Shown piece after piece: positions 1 to 12,800 of a stretch of 64,000 nucleotides of DNA; positions within the stretch are counted from its first letter, which is position 1, and the number at the start of each line of letters is the position of its first letter. The translations under genes and the position numbers were made by a program. The stretch is from Amoebophrya sp. A120 (lineage: Eukaryota; Protista; Dinoflagellata). Location: the NCBI GenBank assembly GCA_905178155.1, contig CAJINV010000004.1, forward strand, positions 4,807,996 through 4,871,995, given 5' to 3'. Under the pieces are notes generated by a model. That model was not told the origin of the DNA. It did not search any database and was given only the letters and a program-made list of their open reading frames with translations.

Positions 1-2389
1 GGCCATCGGGGAGATTGGCCCCTTTCAGCTGGACCCCAGCACGAGGCGCAGTCTGGACAACAGCATCGGCGCGGGAGGAAGCCGGTTTCCGGTGACGTTT
101 TACAAGAAGGAGAACGAGCCGAAGCAGAACTACATGCTGCATGTGACCTCGGACGAAATCAAAGTGATTCAGCCAGGGATGACGGAGAGGTGCATAGTAC
201 TAGTAGTAACGGCTCTGGTGCCATAAGGAGCGACGTCTTATTTCTGCTTAGCTTCCATTTCCAACTCCAAGAGCATGGCGCTGAACTTCTTGTGTTTGCC
301 TTGCAGGCCTATATTTTTCAGGGTGCTCACTCCTTGGATTTGTATTGCACAGAACGCCCATACAACATCAGGTTTGACCGCGAAATCTCCATTACCTACT
401 CCGGCGACTACCCGCGGGTGCTGATTCACCCCTTGGATACGCTGAAATTCAAGCTCCTGGTAGACTCCAGCACGGAGATGCATTTCGGCTCCCTGAGTCG
501 CCAGTCCCGGGACTTGATCGCGCTCACCATTCGCTGCTTCCATTCCAGAAGGTATCAAGTCTCTCATGATTGCTGAAGTCAAATCCACCTTCTACGACTG
601 GATCCTCGTCGACGGCATTGATTTATTTCATCTCTTCGTCCTGCTCATCAAGGCGGGACACATCTTCCGAAAAGTTTCAGTGGTTCCCTGTAGTTTCTGC
701 TCATCTTCCAAAAATTTCAGGCACATCGCCACCGCGGCCCTTCTGGAACAGGTTTTTTCGAACCCAATCAACCACGGCGGCATGCTGAACACCGAGGACT
801 ACCAAGCCGCGCAGCTGGATCTCTGTCTCTACACCGACCGGCTGCGGGGCGAGTTAATCCGGCAGCTGGAAACCCGAATAGCCATCGAGAAGCAGTACCA
901 CAAAATTGCCAACGAGAAGACCTTTCTCGACGATCAGCTCCACGACACAATTACCAGTTTCACGGGCATGATACAGGATCTGCAGGATCAGGTAGAAGAA
1001 GAAGAAACCTGTCATGCACGAACAGAGAAAAAAATGCAGGTTGATGAAGTAAGATTAGCCCTCTTCCCCTGAAAAAGTTCGCTATCGGTAGCGGTATGTC
1101 GGTTCTATGGTTTTTGGTCATGTAAGTACTTTTATTTCGTTTGGCCAAGTGCTACTTTCATTCACACCTACAGGTCACCACCAACGAGTCTGCTCAGGGT
1201 GGTCCCGGCGTTCCGACAGACCACACCAGTGCCAGTCGACTGAACCCGGATCCGTTTTTCCATGCCGCGACCAGCGTCCCGCTGAAAAAGTACGAGAACC
1301 TGCAGCAAGAAAACACGCACCTCAAGATTGAGCTGGAGGAGCAAAGGAGACAAATTCTGCAGGAGAAGCACAAGGCCAAGCTCGCCGGGAACCCGTTTGG
1401 GGATATGGGTTTTGGAAGCAACAGCTCTGGTGGCGCCGGAACTTCGAAGATCGAGCAGGAACTGCAAAGGCTGAAAGAAGAAAACCGGCGACTTCTCCGG
1501 AGCCAAGAGCCGTCCAACGCGGAAATGAGGCGGTTGCGCATAGACAACGACCAGATTCTGCAGGAGAGGGAAGAGTTAGTGCGCAGGCTGGAGCGGGCGG
1601 ACCGGGAGAAGGCGGAGCTTAGTAGCAACTTTGTATACGTGAAGGGGGAATATGACAAGTTGCAAAACCGCATGTCATCTCCTTCTGGCGGTGGTAGTGG
1701 GATGAACAATTTCACCGTCGGCGGGTCTGCAAGTTCATCGACCTCACCGTTTGGGGACCCGTTTAGTATTTCCGCGGGTGTTTCACCCGGGCTCGGAGGC
1801 GGGGAGCAGTATTCATTGATATATTTTTTCATGTCGTCGTAATTTTTTCTTGTGGTAGTTGTGCTGAGAAGTAGATCAAGGTAGAAGTAGAATTTTCTGT
1901 GACAAACATGCTGTTCCAAAATGTTCGTGTTTCGACTAGATTGGTCGCACTGAAGATTCTTTTCCACTTTTCAACGAACCACTCCCGCTCAGCTCATCTT
2001 CCGCCGGTGGCCGCAGCTACCGTGCACTGCAAGAGGAGCGCAACCGCCTGGCGCAGCGGGTCGAGCAACTTACCCAGGACGCGGAGAAGGCGAAGACCAG
2101 TCAGGATCAGGGCATGGAGCGGGTCATGACGAGCAACGCGAGACTCTTGGAGGAGAAGGATCGACTGCAGCGGGAGGTGGAGCGCGTGTCGCGACTGTAC
2201 GCTGACGCGGTAAACCACGCCGCAGCCACGTCCGCGGGTATGGGCGGCTACGGGAGCAGTGACGAGTTGCAGCAGCAGGTGCGGACCTTGCAGGTCGACA
2301 GTCTGAAGAAAGACGAAAAAATCCGGGTGCTGGAATCGGAAAACGCGAGCTTGAAAACCAGAATACGCAAGCTGGCGTCAGTCACATGA
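1..2389 (+). CDS. Multi-exon coiled-coil protein with a possible PH-like region (5' end outside window)
   Basis: Coding-like segments (…SRQSRDLIALTIRCF…, …LQEERNRLAQRVEQL…ENASLKTRIRKLASVT*) can be joined through GT-AG introns at about 552-720, 992-1173 and 1809-1992. The first junction (~190-350) could not be resolved. Confidence 0.7.
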
Positions 2390-3132
2390 TGTTCTTGACC
2401 GGGCGGGTTTCATGAAGATGGTTTTCTTCTGATTTAATAGCTCCTGGCTTTTGATCATATTCTGCTACGCCCTGCTTCCATGAGAAGATAGCGCTCATGC
2501 TCATCTGCCACAAGAAGATAGATGATGACGCCGTGGCACCACGATGTTGTCTACAGATGCGGCAAGCGTGTAGCTGATTCTACCCACTGCCACTCAAACA
2601 ACGCCTGCGTCTGGAAAGAATTTACAGCGTCCGGCTGCACAGGAAGCCCTTATTCCGTCTCTGATGTGACAGTGACAAAACAAACATCTATGTCGTTTAA
2701 ACGTATGGTGTGGGCGATGTCGTTTTTCTTGTCTAATATAGCGAGCTGCGATGGGAAGAACGAAGAAGTAAGAGAAAAAGAGCGAATGGTTGGAGAGAGT
2801 TCTAGTACTTGAGACGAGACTCGTAACATCGCTGACTAGCACTCGTAGACCTCACGCAGGAACAATATGGTTACAACGGGTGCGCATTCTGTTTATCTTC
2901 TTCTTGCGCTCGACCAGTTGTATGAATCGAATGTGGGACCGCCACGCACGGTAATCGAATCAAACCGCGTTGCCGCTCGGGAGTCGTGGATGTAGATCTA
3001 CACGAGCACACGACTCATCGCATCAAGCAAGGTATGTTAGACGAGGTGTGTTGAGCAACAAGCCTGTATGATTTAAGTACTCATTTTTCTCATACAACAT
3101 CAAGAAGAAGATAGCAACAGAGACAGAAGACG

Positions 3133-5669
3133 ATGTCATTGTCACGACCCCATCACGGGCGTCCGAGCGGACGACGGCATGCAGCCTTGGGCAGTGGCGC
3201 GGCCACTGGGCTTCGTAGTTCTTGCTGCGGGACAAAATGTGGTAAAAACTCCCGGGGACCGCGCTTCCCCGTCCTTTTCCAGCTCGTCCGCGCAGTCGTG
3301 GCAAGGATCCATGACGCAGCCAGCAACAACCCAGGCAGCGTCGACGTGCTGAGATCCAGTTCATCAACTGCCAGCAGTGCCAGTGTCGAGTTTGAATTGG
3401 ACCCGGACGCAGACACTTCCGAATTTTTTCCCCATGTCGACGTTTTTTCGCCGGGGGCCGCGACAGCGCCACTAGAAGAAGCTACTTCAAGGAGCACAAG
3501 ACGTCGTGGCACTACTGCTCCCCCGGAGGTGGACCTAGACCACCCTGTCTTCCTTGACGATCAGCCTACCACGAGCAGCGCCACGTCGAGAGCTGCGCAA
3601 CCACAGCAGTTGAGATCGGAGCAACGAGGCGGGAGCAGCAGCAGCTCGTCTTCAAGGAAGACAGGACAGGGCACCGAGACGTCGGCCGACCTGCGAGACG
3701 AAAAAAGGGCTGGAAGCCGCCCGGTGCACCGTTCTGCACGTAGCCGGGAGACTAGTAGAAGAAGTTCCATGACGGGGTCAAGCGAAAATGAAGCTGGGTC
3801 TTCGTCGTCCTCTTCTTCGTCCCTCATAGAGCTGAACATTACCGGTCGAGAACACGACCATCCCAATCATCTTGTCCAACAAAGCAGACACCAGCAGCAA
3901 CATCCCGGTTTTTACCACCACGAGGACCTGTCTACCACTTCTGACGAAGTAGCCCGAGTCGCGAACAAGCTCGTGCGGAAAGAGCACGGGGGCGGCAGCA
4001 TGCTGGAGATTGATGGTCGTGCAACTTCTACTCTCGCAGCGATGAAATCCAAATCGTCATGGCAGTCCGGGAGTGCAGCTGCCGGCACCACGCCGAGCAG
4101 CAGCAGCAGCTCATCCTCTGCCCTTGGTGGAGGTACAGGTGGTCCCAGTCCCACCCAGCAGGCGTCTTTCTCGCAGGCGCAAGCCGAGTCTCAATCTTCA
4201 ACGACCACGAAGACGGGAAACACAACGGTCGAGGCCCCAGACATGATTCTCGCTGGAATGTCCTTTGTGGGGGTCGGCCTGGTCGCCGCGGTGTCCTACC
4301 AATTGGGATTTTCTAAAGGAAAACTTGCGGTAAACTTTCTTCACTTGTTGTTCAACTATTACTTTAGATTAAGATTTGCTGATCATGGATTGTACCTCTA
4401 CCTTTATTTCGTAGTCCCGCATCATGATACGCATCATGTTTTTCATCGTGTGAACAATTTTTTTTTTAATGACAGAGTGGCGGCGGCGAGAAGGGTGCTG
4501 CCGACCTTCTCGCCCTTCTTCAAGCCGGCGGCGTCGGAAATCTTGCCAGTATGAGCACCAGCTCCTTCCAAGCGGAGGCGCCAGCTGTTATGCATACTAC
4601 AAAAGTATGATCGTAGTGGTAGAAGTCGACGTACAACGAAAAACAACTCATTGCAGTGAAGCATTACAGATTTGGATTTGCATTTTTGCTAGATCAGCAT
4701 GTTGACAAAACCCTGCACTCTCGTACAAGCATACTTTTCCAAGGCATAGCTCCACCGTCGCCCCCGAGACCACCGAAAGCGAAGGCCCCCGCCGCGAAAG
4801 CGAAGTCCGGCAGCGGCGGGTCGCTCACGATCGCCACTGGGAGCACGGCCTTTGGGAAGTCTTCCACAGACGTGGCTTCCGTCGCGAAAGCTGCCCCGAA
4901 GGCCAAAGCCACTGCAAGTTCGCCGTCTCCCCGTGGTTCTTCCGGAGGTTCACCCAAGAAAGGTGGCCCCGACCGGTCCTCTGGGCAGACGCTGGTTATC
5001 GACGGTCTCGGGGTGAAGAACATCAACTTAAAGGCCAAGGCGGGCAAGCGGATCATCAAAAAAGACGGGGATCCGCCCAGCCCGAAGAAGCATCTGACGT
5101 GGCGAGACGAAACGAGTCCGAAAAACCGGGAGTCGGTGATATGAACTGCAAAAGCATCGTACTCGTATAAATGCATTACAAATTTTCTCAGCATGAAAAA
5201 TAAAATTTGTAATGCGGATTTACCTTAAGACAAAGATTTGTAATGCTAGACTTGCATTTATACGAGTACGATACTTTTGCACGGGATAGGTGAACTTTAT
5301 CAGCGACCGAGGGGAGGACCAGGTATCATCTGTAAAAGTGTCTGGGTCTGGAAGAATGCATGTTTGTCATGCTTGTTTGGCATAACTCTGAAATCTGTCA
5401 TGCACGTTACCCAAGAGCTCCACTTTTCTGTGATGCAGAAACGCAGTTTGTCATGCAGAATAGGCAACACCTAGAAGCTCAGAAACTTGTCATGCTGAGC
5501 CAGCATTTGTGGCTTCATCATGAGACGCCACCCAGCATCACAAGTTTCCAGACCCAGACATTTTTACAATCCATACCAGGCGGCGTTGATGCAGTTTGCA
5601 GCCCAGATGGCGGCCGTGGAAGCAGCGAAGGAAGATCGGGGGGTCGACGACGACGACGGGGAGTACTAG
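3133..5669 (+). CDS. Low-complexity Ser/Ala-rich single-pass membrane protein (hypothetical)
   Basis: ORF 3133 contains the hydrophobic segment MILAGMSFVGVGLVAAVSYQLG. A GT-AG intron 4330-4475 plus three TAT...ATA elements (4589, 5140, 5324) give one frame ending …DRGVDDDDGEY* at 5669. The start codon is uncertain. Confidence 0.65.
4589..4748. mobile_element. Introner-like element, degenerate family A (160 bp)
   Basis: TATG...CATA ends, a decayed AAAAGTATG/CATACTTTT TIR and an imperfect duplication GCTGT/GCTCC. Removal restores the frame (…APAVPSPPRPPK). Confidence 0.65.
5140..5288. mobile_element. Introner-like element, family A (149 bp), TSD GGTGA
   Basis: TAT-gaac-TGCAAAAGCATCGTACTCGTATAAATGCA … TGCATTTATACGAGTACGATACTTTTGCA-cggg-ATA, with GGTGA at 5135-5139 and 5289-5293. 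Confidence 0.92.
5324..5575. mobile_element. Introner-like element, family B1 (252 bp), TSD CCAGG
   Basis: TAT-catc-TGTAAAAGTGTCTGGGTCTGGAA … TTCCAGACCCAGACATTTTTACA-atcc-ATA, with CCAGG at 5319-5323 and 5576-5580. Nearly identical over its whole length to 29814-30066. Confidence 0.95.
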
Positions 5670-6704
5670 TAGGGCGGACGAGAAAAGCAAGGAAGTTGTA
5701 GCATGTCAGTAGAGCAGCTGGTGGAGGTCGTGTGCCAACAACAACGGCGACATCCAACAACAGGAGCTACAGCTATGAAATGGTTTGAAGTACGGAGCTG
5801 AAAATCAGAATGAGCCAGCAACAACGTCGGACCAAGACGAACGACGCACACGACGCACTGTTGAAAATTTTCCAAGAAACAAAAAGCTATCACTTGTACA
5901 ATATCACAGGGCAGAACCCAGCAGCACAGTTTCAACAGTGACAAAAAAAACAGACACGAGGGGACTGCAAACATGTACATGCATCGGAGTCGGTGCTGCT
6001 CTACTAGCTTTGCCATTTTCAAGTTAAGCGGAGTTCTGGCAACCTCAACTAGGTGAAGGCGCGCGCGCGTTGTCGCGTTACCGCGATGTCATCAATTTCT
6101 GGAGGTTCAGGCTCGCTCCTCCTCCTTCGCTCTTTCTTCTAAGTATTTTGTGCGAACACGTGGTCGTCGTGGTTTCTAGCACTATGCATGCCACAATGAG
6201 TGCAAGATCAAGCAGTGAGTCCGAGTCAAAGGTCAGTGTATTGAGTGCACCAGCAGAGGAGGTTACGTAGGCACTTTAGAGAGGGCTGTGGTTTGTTGCG
6301 GCACAAATGATGAATGAGAGACGCAAAGGGCAGCAAACGAAGGCGGCAAAGAGGTCTCACAAAACACGTACGGGGAACAAACTTTTTTCAGCATAATTGT
6401 TTTGGGCGCTTCCACTGGCTTTTGCGCTTGCGGCCACCGCTGCACCTACGCCTACCACGGGAGGTGGACGAAATAATAGCTACTAGCAAGTCTATAGATC
6501 ATATACACTTTTTTTCAGAGAGAGTATCTATTTTGTTCGTTTTTCGCCCTGTGAGCAATTGCAATCCACCCGCCTGCCTCGCTGCGACAAGGGAGGTGCT
6601 GGACGAGATTCTGATTCGCTTCGACACAACATCGACTACATTCATTTTTTTGTTTCATACTTTTTTCAAAAGCAGTATATTCTAGTTGTTAAACAGAGAA
6701 AGAC

Positions 6705-9183
6705 ATGCCAAACGCACTTCAAAGTCTCCGCAGCACCTTATCGGAACTCACCGCGCAGGCTCGGAGACGCTCCTCCTTGCTGAAATCGAAACAGAAACAG
6801 GACAAGGACAAACAAATAAACTCTACCACTACCTCACGACGCCCCAGTGCTGAATCCTTGGCTCAGGCCTCGTCGAATAAGGACCTGGATAAAAAGTCTG
6901 AGGTTGTTCCTTCCACCTTCCTCCAGGACTTCTACGAAACGGGCGACGCAGTTTTGGGCTCTGTGGACGAAGCAGCGTTGCAACAGAACATCATGGAGAC
7001 CATCACCTGCGGCAGCTGTTTCACGAAAAACCGGGTACCGGCCGGTACCGTGCACTTCAAATGCTTCCGCTGCGGGGCATTGGCGAAAGTGGAGCGCAAT
7101 CCGAAAATTGTGGCGGACCGCAACCAGGAAGCGGAGATGCGGAACCGGGAAGACGAGGAACTGATGCAGGCGATAATCGAGAGTGAAGTCTCACACGTAT
7201 TTACCACACAATAATAATTCTACATGCAAAAATCATAAAAATTTGCATTCGAATGATTTTTTTACCGCCTTGCTGCATAAACACATTCTTCACAGCCGTA
7301 CCCTTGATCTCGAAAAATCCCATTCGTCCCCGAAAGAAATGGAAGATGAAATAAAACGAGCAATCTATCACAACAGGGCCGCATGTTAGCCGGGAAAAAC
7401 TCCGTCTCTCCGGACCAAGTCGAACAGGACAGGATAAGAAGCACCAGCACAAGCTCTTCTGGCCTTTTAGACTCAACGCCCCCCGCCAGGCCGCAGCCCG
7501 TGTCTGCGTCTGCTCTGTCGCAGAAGTTGTTCCAGCCTGAGGAACGGGGTAAAACTACGGCGGCGACTACGGGTCCTCGTGGGCTCTTTGACGACAAGAA
7601 CATCTCTACCTCCCTGTTGACCCGCGACAAACAGGAGCAGCAGGAGCAGAGATCCACAGCCGGCGGTAGTAGTGGTGCCTACAACGCCCAGAATTATTCC
7701 CCCTCCCGACCTACCGCTGCATCGCAATCTCAGGCAAGGGAGGCCCGGGGCCTCTTTCCATCGGCCACCACCAGTGCAACTGCAGCGTCGGCAGCTGGAA
7801 CGACAAGGGGGACGCCAGACAGGCAGGATATGCATTGCAAAAGTATCGTACTAGTATAAATTGCATCACAAAAAATTTTGGCAAGAAGAAAAGAGGAATT
7901 TGTAATGCTGTCTCACCTTAGGAAGGAGATTTGTCGTGCATATTTGCAATTAGTACGACTACGATACTTTTGCACAGGATACCGGATACGACACACCAAA
8001 GTAGTTCTGCAACGAGAACGAACGCGAACACAAAGCACATTATCCTGTACAAAAGTATCGCGCGACCCGTTCTCATCGTAATTACCGCATGACAAATGCC
8101 ATTCCTGAGCAAAAGCTGCACGACACGCTCCGTTACCGTTTTCCGTGTTGCAGCAAAAATGAAAGTCTGTCAACATGTAGCACCTAGTTGCAGATAGTAA
8201 CAGGGCGAAATGTTGCGTAGCCCGTGGGAGTATAAGAATTAAGAACATAAGCCTAGCCGCACTGGCGGCAAGCCTCACGTGCACCATCAGAAGTGCAGTA
8301 TTGGCCGTTCTTTGCGGTGTCTCACCATCAGAAGTGCGAGCTGCGAGGAGCGGGGCGCACCGCCTAAAGTTCTAAAAAGTTCCCAACCGCCCGATAGATA
8401 GATAGATAGATAGATAGATTCACGATACTTTTGCAATGCATACGGATGAGCCCGTTACTTCGACCGGAGAATTTGGCCGACGACCGTGTGTACATCGAGG
8501 CTCTGGAACAGAAAATTAAAACATTGGAAGTGAACTCGAAATTTTTGGAAAAAGAACTCGCGCAGCAGGACAAGAATACCGAGGACGTATTTTTTTTTTT
8601 CGGAGCATGTGACTTCGATGTTGTTGTGCAGCATAATTTTTTATGAAAATGCATGCTACGACATCCAGTGACATTGTGAGTCGTGCTATGAGCTTGTGTG
8701 TGAAAAAGAGCGCGCTTATTCCATGTCAAACTTCACCACAGGCCGTCGCCGAACGCGACGTGGCTACGAAAGAGCTGAGCGCGGCCGTTGCGGAGATTGA
8801 GAAGCTGCTGAAGCAGAACCACGAGAAAGACATTGTGATCAAAAAACTGACGAAGCAATTGCAGCAAAACGAAACCGTTTCCGACGCGGAGATCTTGGTC
8901 ACGCAATTGCAGGATCGAGTGGAGGAACTGGAGGCGCAGTATCCAGGAAAATAAAACACCCCTCCCCATCCAATTTGTCATGCAAAACATGCATATTATG
9001 CATGTTTTGCATGACAAATTGCATGTTTTGCATGACAAATCCATTTTTTGCATGACAAACACTGCAGTTTATGCCATAAACTGCAGTGTTTGTCATGCAA
9101 AAAATGGATGGGGGTGGCGTAAGTGTTTTTTCCTGGATACGCAGCTGCAGAGCTTGGGCATCGACCCCGTGGACAAGGACTGA
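6705..9183 (+). CDS. Protein with CxxC..CxxC zinc ribbon, UIM-like motif and C-terminal coiled coil
   Basis: Contains CGSCFTKNRVPAGTVHFKCFRC and EDEELMQAIIES. The frame is continuous via GT-AG introns 7197-7376 and 8587-8741 and elements at 7829, 8041 and 8940, ending …EAQLQSLGIDPVDKD*. Confidence 0.7.
7829..7981. mobile_element. Introner-like element, family A (153 bp)
   Basis: TAT-gcat-TGCAAAAGTATCGTA … TACGATACTTTTGCA-cagg-ATA, with duplication CAGGA/CCGGA (1 mismatch). Removal gives DRQDTTHQSS in frame. Confidence 0.9.
8041..8442. mobile_element. Introner-like element, family A ends with unrelated interior (402 bp)
   Basis: TAT-cctg-TACAAAAGTATCG … CGATACTTTTGCA-atgc-ATA, with duplication CACAT/CGGAT. 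The interior has a (GATA)n tract at ~8393-8419 and a CACCATCAGAAGTGC direct repeat. Removal gives KHMSPLLRPE. Confidence 0.8.
8940..9139. mobile_element. Introner-like element, family C (200 bp), TSD CGCAG, two internal perfect hairpins
   Basis: TATCCAGGAAAA … TTTTCCTGGATA, with CGCAG at 8935-8939 and 9140-9144. Removal gives EAQLQSLG. Confidence 0.92.
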
Positions 9184-9837
9184 CGAGGAAGTTGAACACA
9201 GACGATGTAAGGAAGCGACACATCCTGGGCGTACTAGTCCCTGAAACCTAACGATGTATCCAGCTACTTCTGTAGAATTTCACCTCCCAGTAACTAAAAC
9301 TACCAACCGCGGACCGAAAGCCAATAACTTTTTATCGATTCCATATATAATGTTGAAAAAGTTTCTTTTGAAAATCTTGCCATGATATTTGTCGTGGTCT
9401 ACTTGTAACCATCACCCGACGCTATTCTTGTCGCAGATTTCCGAGTCTTCACATAACAGCTGGATTGTGCCATGTTGAAGAGCTGATCAATTTATCCTCA
9501 TTCCCTTTCTGAACGAGGTTGGGCGTTGAGTTGTACTTATTCGCCTGCTCTTGTGGCAAGAACACCTCTTGTTCTTCACTGCGCGGTACTCAGTCGCGGC
9601 AAAAGACAGCAACATCAAAGAGCGAGCGATAGAGAAAAGGGCACGCAGCAGGCAGATGAAATGGGCTCGTCCCTGCTCCCTTGCAGTTCTTGTATCGGAG
9701 CAAAAAGGCCTAGACCTCTTAGCGCTAATATCGCTTGCTCTTCTAGTGACGAATCTGACGAGTAGAGGATTGAGTTCTACTGTTGCGCTGCCCAGCGAGG
9801 ACTCGTGGTCCCCTACCACCGCCACCGTTCGCAACGA

Positions 9838-12800
9838 TGAGCGAGGACGCCGCAGTACCGCCGCCAGCAGCAGCTGCGGCAATCGCGGATGCGGATATGA
9901 CTCCCCCACAACAAACCGAAGACGAGCCGACCAAACCAAAGCAGTCGATCGACGAACAGATAGCCGCGCAGGTGCCCTTATCCTTTGCGAAAGTATTCTT
10001 TGTACAACTCGAAAACGGACGTCTATACCCTATCTGACATGACAAACTCGTCCGCTTTTGATCTACTTACTTGGTAAAAATTGTGATGCGAAGATTTCTA
10101 ATAGTAGTATGAACAAGATCATACAACTTTTGCAATGCATAGCGCCTGCGGCCGGTGACCGAGATCGCGGCACTGCTCAACATTCCGCACGAGTTATGGA
10201 AGCGTCAGGATTGAAATCGTCAAAGTTGAAATCTTTTCTCATGCATAAACTCCAAGGCATCAAGTGCCTCTCTTGCAGGGACGGCAAGCGAGGCCCACTG
10301 TCAGCCTGTTTGGGGTCTGCGGTAGAGCTGCTACAGAAGCATCACACAAGGCGCCTTCTGTCCCGCAACAGCATGACAAACTGGATTTAGACGGTCCCGA
10401 AATTTGTCATGCACCGCTTGAAAAATGGGGCGGGGGTCCAACTGGTACCGATTTTATGCTTCACAAGTTTTTCAACTTTGTCGATTTCAAACCTGGCACT
10501 CCCATACGAGTTTGTCGATCCGTATGGAAAGTTCAAGGCGAAAATCGATGCGCAGAGGTACTACGCGAGTATTTGGGAAAAGGGGTCTCTGTCCTCCGCT
10601 TCGTCTACTTCTTCCCGATCATCTATCCACAGTAACTAAACTTCCCGCACACGTACAAATGCCGTGTCTGCATGACAAAACTTGGCCCCGATCTTAGTTT
10701 AGCATGACAAGCATCACGACACGCCAAAGAAATTGAAATCTGTGATGCATTTTGTACATGTGCGCGAAATTTGTATTGCATATCATCTTCACGCCTCGTA
10801 CTCGTTACTGGTATGACCCCCACGAAAGCCGGAGAGGGAAAAACCACGACCACGGTGGGGCTGACCGACGCCTTGCGGCTCCTCGGGAAAAAAAGCATCG
10901 CGTGTCTGCGGGAGCCGAGTCTAGGGCCGGTGTTTGGGATGAAAGGAGGGGCTGCGGGGGGAGGTTGGTCGCAGGTATGAAATTACTTATATTTTCTTGT
11001 GGTTGTGCTTGTGTCATCATGAGGCACGACAAAGGAAAACTTCTGTAGTAGTACTTTCCATGCAACACAAGTCTCGCTCCTGCTGTCCTTCACCTACTTC
11101 AACTTCCGCATCATAACATTCAAAACCACTCCCAGACAACATAATTTCAATGCACAACGGCCAGGTAGTCCCGATGGATGAAATAAACCTCCACTTCACG
11201 GGCGATTTCCACGCGATCACGAGCGCGCTATGAGGGTGCGCAACTTCTACTCCCACTCCCTTTCCTTTGCAGGGTACAGACGACGTCCTCGAAAACGATG
11301 TATTACTAGCGTCTGTGTGACAAATCTTCCACGCAAGACGAGTAGTGCTAGAAGATGAGGGCGTGTGTGATTGAGCTGTGCTTTTGCCTGACAAAAGAGA
11401 GGGGGCAGGGGTACGACGAGTTCTTCACTGTTATATGCACACAACCTGCTGTCTGCCATGGTGGACAACCACATCTACTGGAAAAAGCAGCCCGAGATCG
11501 ACGTGCGCCGCATTATATCCCCTGCAAAAGTATCGTACTCGTACTAATCGCATCCATGCATTACATTTTTCTTTCTCAAGTTAAATCCGCATTACTTTTT
11601 TCTTTCTCATGCTGAGGAAATTTGTCATGCGATTTATTTTTATAGGATACTTCTAGTACGATGCTTTTGCATTTCATACATCACTTGGAAGCGCGTGCTC
11701 GACATGAACGACCGGGCACTGCGAAAATTGACGGTTGCACTCGGCGGTCCGGGGAACGGCTACCCGCGCGAGGACGGCTTCGACATCACCGTGGCGTCCG
11801 AGGTCATGGCGATTCTTTGCCTCGCGACCGATTTCCCCGATTTGGAGCGACGGCTGGGCAACATTGTCGTCGGCCACACGCGGAAACGAGACATGGTAAC
11901 CGCCCGGGACTTGAAGGCCCACGGTGCGATGGCGGCCTTGCTAAAGGACGCGTTTAAGCCGAATTTGGTCCAAACCCTCGGCGGCTCCCTATGGCGTTCT
12001 CAAACGTTACATTCTCAACTCGAACTCGAATTTGTATTGCATGAATTTGCAAGGACTTGTATTGCGAGGACAGCAAGAGTGAAGGTGGCAAGCTTGCTGC
12101 TTTTGCATCACAGATTTGGCACAGATTCAGATGTTGGCGGGCCCTTCGGAGATTTGTCATGCGACGTAGCTTGATCATCTGGCGGTTTATGGTAGTTTCG
12201 CATGACAAATCCAGGCAACAGGAGTTGAGAGTGGACCAGTTGAGAGCCCCATACCCCCCTGCGTTGATCCACGGGGGCCCCTTCGCGAACATCGCGCACG
12301 GCTGCAACTCCGTGCAGGCGACCAAACTCGGGTTGGAGCTTGGTGACATCGTCGTGACGGAAGCCGGATTTGGTGCCGACCTCGGGGCGGAAAAGTTCAT
12401 TGACATCAAGTGCCGAGCCGCGGGGTTGATCCCCGACGTTGTGGCGATGGTGGTCTCCTGCCGGGCACTGAAAATGCACGGCGGGGTCGGTGAGAAGGAG
12501 CTGAAAACAGAAAACTTAGCGGCAATCAAAACTGGTTTGGCCAACGTGGAGCGGCACTGCGAAAACCTGGCGAAGTTCGGGCTGCCGATCGTCATTTCGG
12601 TGAACAAGTTCCCAACGGTATCCTGAGCAAAAACGTGGCCGTGGTCCCCGGTCCCCATGTCATTAGTCATATTAGTCTTGATGCACGACAGGATTTTATT
12701 TGCATTAGCTGCTCTTGCTCACGTGTTTCTTATCGATAAAGCTGAAGCTCTGCATGAGAGCCTTGTTAGGCTCTTTTCTGCACTTGGGACGACGTGACTA

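Noticed and set aside
1194-1967. Long antisense ORFs (also 22842..23624, 24129..24827, 43526..44308)
   Set aside because: They are shadows of GC-rich sense-strand coding sequence.
5277-5760. ORFs overlapping elements (5360..5701, 5518..5760; likewise 29745..29966, 33251..33454, 8733..9096) as transposases or genes
   Set aside because: They are short chance frames through repeated non-coding element sequence, with no catalytic motifs.
7823-7977. Alternative GC-AG intron boundaries for the element at 7829
   Set aside because: This reading is also in frame and cannot be excluded without cDNA, but the element + 5 nt rule explains it consistently with the other 22 cases.
11511-11683. Reading the non-canonical introns as U12-type AT-AC introns
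   Set aside because: An AT…AC register arises here only from the duplication, and there is no ATATCCTT donor at that position. Other elements give different dinucleotides.
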